IMG/VR virus record: IMGVR_UViG_3300044731_001604
Location: 64,001 to 128,000 of that record
DNA: 64,000 nt
From: a virus
Reading direction: 5' to 3' (one strand)
Below are positions 56,639-64,000 of the stretch, in pieces (position 1 is the stretch's first letter; every line of letters begins with the position of its first letter). The notes below the pieces were generated by a model, which did no database searches, was not told the origin of the DNA, and was given only the letters and a program-made list of their open reading frames with translations. Position numbers and translations under genes: made by a program.

Positions 56639-58305
56639 TTGTCATCTCCTGGCAATAAAAGACTTTTTTGATTAATTGTGTCACTTACAGCTTGGGCTCT
56701 GTCCCATGCGTTTTGCATAGTGATCGGTCTTTTAGAGTCTGCCTGATATGATTTTAACACACCTAGAGACTTTTGTATAGTTTTTTTATCAAAACCATGA
56801 TGTTTCATGCGTAAAGCCAATACTTTAGGGTCAACGCTTTGAATCCATTTAGATGCTTCTGGGTGTATTGCTGAACTATCATTTTCTAAATAATCTGGCT
56901 TCATATACACATGGCTAAAAGCATAATCATTATCAATATTTAAAAGATGCCCGTCTGGATGAATTAAAACATTACCAAGGTGTCTGTCGCTATTTTGAAG
57001 AACGTGGTCTAATATCGCTAATTTATGCAGACTTCCATCTTCCGTAGCTTTTTTATGCGCATTGTCCCAAGCTTCTTGGGACTCTAGTGGAGTTTTAGAC
57101 CCCTTGATATACTCCACTGCTTGAGTTGAAAGCCCACCATGTACTTCTGGGTGCTTAATGGCTGCAGTTGTAGGAACATGTTTTTCCATGCCAAATACAT
57201 TTCTTGCAATATCAGAATAGTGTGAGGCATTGTGATTTTGAGATTCCTGATTTTCGCCCATTGATAAACTGCTTGGGCCTTTTAAAAATACATCTTGCCC
57301 ATTGTCGTTTCTTAAAATATGTAATTGTTTATCTGGACGGTATGAATCATGTCCAGGTGAGAATTTTTGCTTATTATCAAAATACAAACCTTCAACCAAG
57401 TTTTTTTGATCATGATTTGCATTAATATGAGAATGAGTTTGATTAATTCTAGTTAACTTAGGCTCGCCTTTTTTTAGAGCAAGGTCTTCAGCAACATCAG
57501 CAAAGTGTTCTATATAAGTATCAGATATTTCAGGAAGAGCCGCCTTAAGAACTTCTTTAAGTGGTCTTTTTCTGTCCCAATCTCTAATTGCCGCTTTGAT
57601 TTTATTCTTATTGGTTTTATTAACTATTTGTTCTCTAACTAAAGCTGCGCCGCCTGTAAGTTGTCCTGGTGCGACATTACCCATTCCGGCTTCTAGAGTT
57701 TTATTAAGCTCGTCAATAGCCTTTTTCATATCAGTAAAGTCTATTGCATCATCAGATAGAACGATTGAGTCGATTGTTACTGTTGAAATTGATGAGCTTT
57801 CAAATTTTTTAACGATCTCTTCTGATTCTTTGTCAGTCATAACATCAATCCAGCATTGCTTATTACATGGAGTTAATGTGATCGCTACCTTTTTCATCAT
57901 AGCTCTTTTAAGGATATTGCCATCTCGCTCAAGAGTCACGCCTTCGATTGAGGCTCCAACTTGGATTGGTTCTTTTTTATTATGAAAGTAACGAATCATT
58001 GCTGCAATTGCCAAAGCTCCATGGTGTTCTTCTTCATCAAAAAGCTCAAGTGCCCCATAGATAAACGGAACTTTTACTTGATCCCAGAATTTACGTTGAC
58101 GATCAGTTTCACAATCGCCCTTTTTTAAAATTTTTTTTGCATATTTAAATACGCCAATTGCTGCAACTTCAGGAGAGTCGTTTTTGTGTTCAAAATTGGC
58201 AAACACTTGCCCTTTTTCAACAAGAGATATGTCTACGTTTTCAATTAATAGCGATTCGCCACTAGAATCAATAGCTTGTGTCGCAATAGGCATGTCTATT
58301 ATCAT
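56635..58305 (-). CDS. prohead protease (HK97/herpes-like fold) fused to MCP-like arm and kinase domain
   Basis: DSSGE, NFEH, GASIEG, VAITLTPCN; C-terminal LDHVLQNSDRHLGN...IDNDYAF. Confidence 0.85.
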   Translation of the reverse strand: MIIDMPIATQAIDSSGESLLIENVDISLVEKGQVFANFEHKNDSPEVAAIGVFKYAKKILKKGDCETDRQRKFWDQVKVPFIYGALELFDEEEHHGALAIAAMIRYFHNKKEPIQVGASIEGVTLERDGNILKRAMMKKVAITLTPCNKQCWIDVMTDKESEEIVKKFESSSISTVTIDSIVLSDDAIDFTDMKKAIDELNKTLEAGMGNVAPGQLTGGAALVREQIVNKTNKNKIKAAIRDWDRKRPLKEVLKAALPEISDTYIEHFADVAEDLALKKGEPKLTRINQTHSHINANHDQKNLVEGLYFDNKQKFSPGHDSYRPDKQLHILRNDNGQDVFLKGPSSLSMGENQESQNHNASHYSDIARNVFGMEKHVPTTAAIKHPEVHGGLSTQAVEYIKGSKTPLESQEAWDNAHKKATEDGSLHKLAILDHVLQNSDRHLGNVLIHPDGHLLNIDNDYAFSHVYMKPDYLENDSSAIHPEASKWIQSVDPKVLALRMKHHGFDKKTIQKSLGVLKSYQADSKRPITMQNAWDRAQAVSDTINQKSLLLPGDDK

Positions 58306-58383
58306 CTCAATCTCCTAGATACATATACCATAAAAAGGTTTTTTTATAAGTATTTGTATTACCTATAGATTAAGATTTTTATA

Positions 58384-58536
58384 TTAAATTGGGAGGGTAA
58401 AGTAAAACGATACTATTAAAAAGGCAAAAAGAGAAGTTAGTATTACAAGGTAATATTTTTCGTCTAAGAGTGGCGTAGAGAAGTATTCGTTACCGTCTTT
58501 ATCTTTAAAGATATAGTCTTTTGTTTCAAATTCCAT
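58384..58536 (-). CDS. 50-aa moron-like membrane peptide
   Basis: GGAGG RBS; C-terminal TM; TTGATT-17-TAATAT upstream. Confidence 0.5.
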   Translation of the reverse strand: MEFETKDYIFKDKDGNEYFSTPLLDEKYYLVILTSLFAFLIVSFYFTLPI

Positions 58537-58586
58537 ACTAGCCTCCGATATAATAATATTACCTCAACTGGAGGCAAAAATCAATA

Positions 58587-58838
58587 TTATTTTAAATAAT
58601 TATCAATTCGAGACTTTCCATACGTTAATACGAGATTTCGTAAATGTCTTTCAATATTATATGCTGCAGTGTATCTATCTGATTTTAATATGTTTTCCAT
58701 TTTATCATCATCTTTTTCTACTAAAGCATTGTAATAACTCTTAACAACGGAAAGAGGTACATCGTGACAAATATTGTCAATTTGAATAATAATTGCTTTA
58801 TCTGGCGTTAAAAGACTATCATAAATTGATTTTGACAT
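58587..58838 (-). CDS. moron-like early gene
   Basis: GGAGG RBS; TTGACT-17-TATTAT promoter (58885-58857). Confidence 0.6.
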   Translation of the reverse strand: MSKSIYDSLLTPDKAIIIQIDNICHDVPLSVVKSYYNALVEKDDDKMENILKSDRYTAAYNIERHLRNLVLTYGKSRIDNYLK

Positions 58839-58885
58839 TTTTCCTCCGTTTTAATGATAATACCAGAGGTTTGTTTTAAAGTCAA

Positions 58886-59764
58886 CTAGTGATTGCATCC
58901 TTCGTGACATTGATGCGGATTTTCTAAATTTTGTGACCATTCTAAGTATTCGTCATAATCCATAAATTGCTCTGCTTTGATTAATCGTTCACCTGTAGGC
59001 TCTTCAGATTTATGTACGCTATAGTATTCAGAGTAATAATCATGCGTAAATGATTTAAAGTCAGAAATACCTTGTTCATTAAAAGTAAAACCTGGGGCAA
59101 CCATGGTCATAGTGTGTCTGCAGTTGGGGTGAGCGCCGTCAAATGGAGTTTTACCATCCCATAACTTTGGCTTAAAATATCCATGTGCTAATTGTGATAA
59201 TTTATATGGTCTTGGTTTTCTAATATTGTTAGGATCATGGTACATCTGTTTGCAATATTTGCAAATTTTATCATCCACCACTCCACGAAAAACTATGGTT
59301 GGATCAGATACGCCAATATCACTTGCGACTCTGGCGATACCTTCTCGGTTTGCATAGGCAATGACACTTCTAGTTTCGTTTCCTGTCAACATTTCGACAT
59401 ATTTACTAGCTTTATCAAAATGATCTTTAACTGATGCCATTGCTTCTTTGTGATCTTTGGCTGCTAAAATAGCGTTTAATATATGATTTTTAACTTTAAG
59501 CTTTTGAGAATCAAAATAATTGCCCGTTATTTCCGCTAAATTTTCTATAGTTTTTTGATCTGGTCTAATACCGGCACCATACATCATAGCTAATGCCCAA
59601 GTATACAAACCTTCAATGCTATCTAATGGATCTGATTGCCCTAATACTTCAAAAATAATATGAGGTCCCTTGAAATATCTTCCAAGAAGTCTAGCTTTTG
59701 TTGTTTCAAAAAGCTTTTCAATTCTTTGTAGAATAGTTTTTCTTTGAGAATCACTTAATTTCAT
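58886..59764 (-). CDS. MuF/SPP1 gp7-like head morphogenesis protein
   Basis: follows portal; D...CKYC...HPNCRH. Confidence 0.8.
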   Translation of the reverse strand: MKLSDSQRKTILQRIEKLFETTKARLLGRYFKGPHIIFEVLGQSDPLDSIEGLYTWALAMMYGAGIRPDQKTIENLAEITGNYFDSQKLKVKNHILNAILAAKDHKEAMASVKDHFDKASKYVEMLTGNETRSVIAYANREGIARVASDIGVSDPTIVFRGVVDDKICKYCKQMYHDPNNIRKPRPYKLSQLAHGYFKPKLWDGKTPFDGAHPNCRHTMTMVAPGFTFNEQGISDFKSFTHDYYSEYYSVHKSEEPTGERLIKAEQFMDYDEYLEWSQNLENPHQCHEGCNH

Positions 59765-59794
59765 TGGCCCTCTTATGCTATTATACTACAAATA

Positions 59795-61837
59795 TTAATC
59801 TTTTTTATCTTTTAAGATTTTAGACATTTCTTCTAAAGCCTTTTTAGACTCTTCTTTCCACTTATCCATATGATTATTAACTAATTCTTTGTGTCTTCTT
59901 AGTAATTGTCTAGTAAGAGAATTGTGATTATTTTTTAAAGATTTATCTAGTGCCGCATAGTTAACTAATTGAAACTCTGTTTTTTGCATTTGATCTTGTT
60001 CGCCATCCTGTTGTTCTTCTTGTTGTCCATCTTGCTGCTCTTCTGGTTGTCCTTGCGCCATCATTGCTTGTTGCTGCATTTGTTGTTGCATCATCATCTG
60101 TTGTTGCATTGCAGCCTGTGCTTTTTGTAAATCCATTTGTGCTTTTTGGAAATAAAACGGATCTCTTACGTAATTCCATCTAGGGTCTTGAGCCGCACCT
60201 TTGATTTTAAAGAAATTCTCTAGTATAACACCAACCGGAACATATTTATCTAAAATTTGTTGATATTGAGGATTCATTGGCAAATCTGCACCAAGTTCAG
60301 TTGGTACTAAGTTCTTTTCTACTGCCTTCATAATATCATTATATGACATATGAACGGCCATATCTTGTTGCAATCTAGTGTTTTCTTTTTCCGGAGAATC
60401 TTTTTCTAATCCAGTCAAAACTATTTGATGTGTTTTTGCTAATTCTGGGTCAATTTTAGGAAGAATGTGAGTATTAAGGAAATCTTGAAAATCATACAAA
60501 AGAGGTCTGATACCGATATCTCTTGCAGCATTTAATTTCCACTCATTATCACTTTCGCCCAAAGCTTGTGTGTTTGTTCCTCTAGCTAAATATCCCATTG
60601 AAGGAACTTCTTCTGGGGACATTTGGAATGCTGATAATATAACCCTGGCATTATTATCCATTAGATACTGGAATTCAGCATCTCTTCCGCCTTGATCCAT
60701 TTGCTGCCAAGATATTTCATCTTCTTGGCCAACAGCAAATACTGGAGTTCTCCAACTATTGCTTACAGAATTGATTGATTGCTGAAATTGTAGTCTTGTT
60801 CTTTGTAACATTGCTTCATCGGCAGAATCTGATTTAAAAATTAACATACCCTTAGCAGCACGTCCATTTTGGAAGTAAAGCTTATTATGCATAGTTATGT
60901 TAATATGCGTAGTAATGGCATTTAATGCTTGATCAATTGGAGTAAGTGGGTAGCCATTGTGTTCAATATTTGTTGTTGGGTATAAATTGTATACAACTAA
61001 TTCTTCTTCAGTAAAAGCTTGCACTGGCTTAAGATCGACAACTTGAACATATCTATATTCATCTTTTGTGTATTTTTCTACATCAATTTTTTTGTTTTTT
61101 AATTGCTGTAATTGTCTTAAAGCTTCTCTTCTTAAAGATTGGTCTTGTTCTTTTTGTGGCAACATTTTATAAATTGTGCCAGCATCAGCAGCTCTCCATG
61201 CATACAATTCTTTTTGAGCAGTCTTTGGGTTTATATGCCAGATAAACTCTGTAGCAAATCTTCCATAAGCAACGCCATCTCTAGTAGATAGTTTTAAGAA
61301 CTGAGACAAATTCATTCTATCAGTCTCTTCGTCTAGAGTTCCTTTGCCACAATTCCAGAGCATTTTTTTAACTTTTTCTATTTTTTCTTGAAGTATCTTT
61401 TGTTCTTCTGGACTTCTGACGGCATTTTTGTCCATGTCTTGAACGTCAAAACCATTTGAAAATCTATCAATTCTAGGTCTACCAAAAGAAGATACATGAT
61501 TTGATCTGATTTGCAAAATTTGATTAACTAATTCGTCTCCACCTGGGCCTGTAATCTTTTTAATGATTGAATCTGGAGTTAAATTTTGCTTAAGCTTATA
61601 GAAACCCATCGCACCTTGATAATTTGCGTGAGGATCTACTTCAAAAGCCATTCTTTCAACTTGATTAATACTTTGCTGATTAATTGATTTAACTATTTGA
61701 CCTAAAATGCCATATGGTTCATTTTTAGAACCTAAAGCTTCTGCTTCTTCAGCCTTTTTCAATTCAGAAATAGCAACTGGATCAATTGCTATAACTGGCT
61801 GGGCTTTCTTTTTTTCGGTTTTCTTTAAATCAGACAC
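59795..61837 (-). CDS. portal protein
   Basis: NGYPLTPID.A, YFQNG...KG.L, ILSAFQMSPEE motifs; position after terminase; Q-rich tail. Confidence 0.88.
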   Translation of the reverse strand: MSDLKKTEKKKAQPVIAIDPVAISELKKAEEAEALGSKNEPYGILGQIVKSINQQSINQVERMAFEVDPHANYQGAMGFYKLKQNLTPDSIIKKITGPGGDELVNQILQIRSNHVSSFGRPRIDRFSNGFDVQDMDKNAVRSPEEQKILQEKIEKVKKMLWNCGKGTLDEETDRMNLSQFLKLSTRDGVAYGRFATEFIWHINPKTAQKELYAWRAADAGTIYKMLPQKEQDQSLRREALRQLQQLKNKKIDVEKYTKDEYRYVQVVDLKPVQAFTEEELVVYNLYPTTNIEHNGYPLTPIDQALNAITTHINITMHNKLYFQNGRAAKGMLIFKSDSADEAMLQRTRLQFQQSINSVSNSWRTPVFAVGQEDEISWQQMDQGGRDAEFQYLMDNNARVILSAFQMSPEEVPSMGYLARGTNTQALGESDNEWKLNAARDIGIRPLLYDFQDFLNTHILPKIDPELAKTHQIVLTGLEKDSPEKENTRLQQDMAVHMSYNDIMKAVEKNLVPTELGADLPMNPQYQQILDKYVPVGVILENFFKIKGAAQDPRWNYVRDPFYFQKAQMDLQKAQAAMQQQMMMQQQMQQQAMMAQGQPEEQQDGQQEEQQDGEQDQMQKTEFQLVNYAALDKSLKNNHNSLTRQLLRRHKELVNNHMDKWKEESKKALEEMSKILKDKKD

Positions 61838-61840
61838 AAA

Positions 61841-62815
61841 TTACTCCACTGAGAAGAATTTAATATTGCAATTGTTTACTGACTTATTTACAATTTCACA
61901 GCTATAAGAATCGCCCATTTTTGATAAATACCCTTTGAGGTATCTGTCGCCAGATTTTAATGGAGTAATTCTGTTTGAGTCATCAGTTGCATCATTAAAT
62001 CTAACAGAGCATTCTTGATCACATTCGATACTAACCATTTTTTTAACAGAAGTATATATAGTGATGCTTGAAGCAACGTAAGTTAGATTGCTTTCTTCTG
62101 GGATGGCTTCTGTTGAAAGAAAGTCGATAGTTGTTGGTGTAGATGAAACAATTTCATAAGTTTTATGAGAAACTGATGAGAAAGTTCCAGAAATTTGCAT
62201 TTTTTGTCCTGGCCTTACTAAATCATCTGCAAAAAATTGAACATCTGATGCTGTAGATGTAGAGATAGTTTCTTGAATTCCTTCAAAAGCTACGCCAGTT
62301 TCTCTGATTGCTGAAATTTTAGTTCCAGAAACACCAATTATTTTCCAAATACCTGAATTAATTGGATTAAATGCATAAGGACCAGCATCATTGAGACCTG
62401 GACCTTTAATTCTCATTAAGTCGCCAACAACAATAGAAGTTAAAGTCGCGCCAGAAAAATCAAACACTGCTAGTGCTGAATTATTAATTGTTACATTGCA
62501 AGTATTGATTCCAGAAACAGATCTGATTGTTCTAAAGCCAGCTCCAGCAGAAGTTAGTCTGTAAATAGAATCTGTCTGAGAAGCAACAGCAATTGAAACA
62601 GTTGACGCTGGTGATAGCGAAGTTGTTACTGTAGAAGAAAACAGCTTAAAAGATTCGCCTGGCGCAAGAGTTTTTGTGCTACCTTGTGGATTTTTAACAA
62701 GAATTGATTCCAATCTTAATCTGTTGTCGATATCTCTTTGATATGGAGAATCAGTAACTGCTGGATCGCTGTAGCATAAAATGTGATTAGTTATATTTAA
62801 TATACTATCGGCCAT
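61841..62815 (-). CDS. beta-rich virion structural protein
   Basis: Ser/Thr-rich; late motif 62846-62853; between terminase and portal. Confidence 0.55.
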   Translation of the reverse strand: MADSILNITNHILCYSDPAVTDSPYQRDIDNRLRLESILVKNPQGSTKTLAPGESFKLFSSTVTTSLSPASTVSIAVASQTDSIYRLTSAGAGFRTIRSVSGINTCNVTINNSALAVFDFSGATLTSIVVGDLMRIKGPGLNDAGPYAFNPINSGIWKIIGVSGTKISAIRETGVAFEGIQETISTSTASDVQFFADDLVRPGQKMQISGTFSSVSHKTYEIVSSTPTTIDFLSTEAIPEESNLTYVASSITIYTSVKKMVSIECDQECSVRFNDATDDSNRITPLKSGDRYLKGYLSKMGDSYSCEIVNKSVNNCNIKFFSVE

Positions 62816-62898
62816 GAGTTTCTCCTGTAATTCTATGTATCTAAAAGATTAGGAAATCTATAGAAATCTAAGTCTTTTTTATATATACCACATTTTTA

Positions 62899-63999
62899 TT
62901 AATCTGTATCGTCTGACCCAAAATCCCATATTATTAGGCCATCTGAAGATTTACCTTTTGATTCAAAACCCTGACCGTCTGTCAATTCTCTAACCTTTTG
63001 ACTTAGCCAGTCTGGATATTGTTTATTATAAATATCTGCTGGTGGAGGTTGCGACGGCGCAGCAGATAGCTTACCTTTGGCTTTGAACATGTTTTGAGCA
63101 GCATACCTTAAGGCATCTGCTATATCTGCAACTTCTGAATCATCTGGCTCTTGTGTTAAATCTCCAAGTGTATCTAATTTAAATGAATGTTCTGCAAACA
63201 TAGACATAAGAATTTTAGTTCTTGCGTGTTTAACAACTTTCAACTTGCGAATACCCTTTGCATTTATAATTTGCCCACGAACAGCTTCTATACCGCCCCT
63301 AACATCTTTTTTAAAGTCTGAACAAACCATTCCGTTTTTTCTAAATGTTTTAATAAACATAGGTTCAGCAGTATCAAGATGCCATCTTGTTGGTTTGTAC
63401 ATTGCCTTAATTTTAAGTGCTAGGTCTAATATCTCGTCGAATTCTAATCCAGGAATAGAGTAGGCATCGACTAGCCACCATTCTTGACTTGGTAACAACG
63501 CTGTTACAACAAATGCTTGGGCATGGGCATGACCCCAGTCGCCGCCAACTTGAAACTTAACTCCAGCTTCAATCATTTTTTGTACCAGATCTTCTATTTC
63601 AATATCTTTGTGCATTGTTGTGCCAGTATATCGCTCCCAAGCTTGTTTCAATGTATACGTATTACCAGATCCGTCATCTTTATCTAAGAACCTTGGGTAT
63701 ACCATACCTTGAGAACTTGGCTTCCAGCACATTAACTGAGCTTCTGCTAAATCTGGGTCGGTTTTAGCAAACTGACTGATGACGAAATCAATTGGTTTCC
63801 ACAATCCACCAACATCTTTCTCACTTCTGTTTGCCAACCGACCCCTGCAAACTGGGGCAAGTTTACAAGTTGCACATCCACCCATCACTGTTATCTCGTC
63901 GTAATTCTCTTGTACTTTTGTTTGTAATCTACCGTATCCTTCTTTATCTAAAGTTTCTAGTGGCAAATTTTTGTTTACATATATAGTTTTATGAGGCAA
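62899..63999 (-). CDS. terL: terminase large subunit, C-terminal part (5' truncated by window)
   Basis: GMVYPRF, GGDWG, DTAEP, D.ADALRYA RNase H-like nuclease motifs; upstream of portal. Confidence 0.8.
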   Translation of the reverse strand: MPHKTIYVNKNLPLETLDKEGYGRLQTKVQENYDEITVMGGCATCKLAPVCRGRLANRSEKDVGGLWKPIDFVISQFAKTDPDLAEAQLMCWKPSSQGMVYPRFLDKDDGSGNTYTLKQAWERYTGTTMHKDIEIEDLVQKMIEAGVKFQVGGDWGHAHAQAFVVTALLPSQEWWLVDAYSIPGLEFDEILDLALKIKAMYKPTRWHLDTAEPMFIKTFRKNGMVCSDFKKDVRGGIEAVRGQIINAKGIRKLKVVKHARTKILMSMFAEHSFKLDTLGDLTQEPDDSEVADIADALRYAAQNMFKAKGKLSAAPSQPPPADIYNKQYPDWLSQKVRELTDGQGFESKGKSSDGLIIWDFGSDDTD

Positions 64000-64000
64000 A

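Noticed and set aside
59990-60120. Q/E-rich low-complexity runs in portal, scaffold and 28771..29940 as DNA repeat elements
   Set aside because: Imperfect codon-level low complexity typical of disordered linkers.

Overview
AT-rich 64-kb segment of a large, probably lytic, contractile-tailed dsDNA phage, with head/tail genes that resemble the SPO1/Twort-like myophage type; the host cannot be assigned from sequence. The minus strand carries most of the virion morphogenesis module: terminase large subunit (partial, window edge), portal, MuF-like head protein, prohead protease, scaffold, major capsid protein (MCP), tRNA-Ala(UGC), neck/tail-completion proteins, tail sheath and tube. A separate late island holds a repeat-containing lectin/fibre-like protein and two holin-like genes. 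Early blocks with sigma70-like promoters hold a 5'-3' exonuclease, a MoxR AAA+/vWA-metallopeptidase pair, a DUF6745-like protein, dNMP kinase, DEDDh exonuclease, a UDG-like gene and many small ORFs; a ClpP-like gene sits in a late-motif operon. Two candidate undescribed systems stand out. (1) About ten late-expressed multi-domain 'cargo' polyproteins are interleaved with the head/neck genes (Nudix, GNAT, 2H-phosphoesterase, ART-like, zincin, lysozyme-like, degenerate mCpol-like, two PI3K/HipA-like kinases). Their domains are separated by the same [LMIV]-x-K|[S/A/T] motif found in the MCP, scaffold and portal, and five times by a YF(K/R)xxLxK(S/A) linker. The prohead protease carries an internal copy of the MCP N-terminal arm (17/28 identical) ahead of a fused kinase. 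This suggests capsid-loaded, protease-released effectors. (2) A family of about 16 microproteins (57-82 aa) shares an M-[KR]-[KR]-R-x-Q-type start and a 4-residue hydrophobic periodicity; they are arrayed behind a DUF6745-like gene that lacks its usual tetrad-repeat insert and behind the MoxR/vWA pair. A late-promoter motif C(C/T)TAATCT precedes 12-13 late genes. All domain calls are from motif recognition by eye, not database searches.
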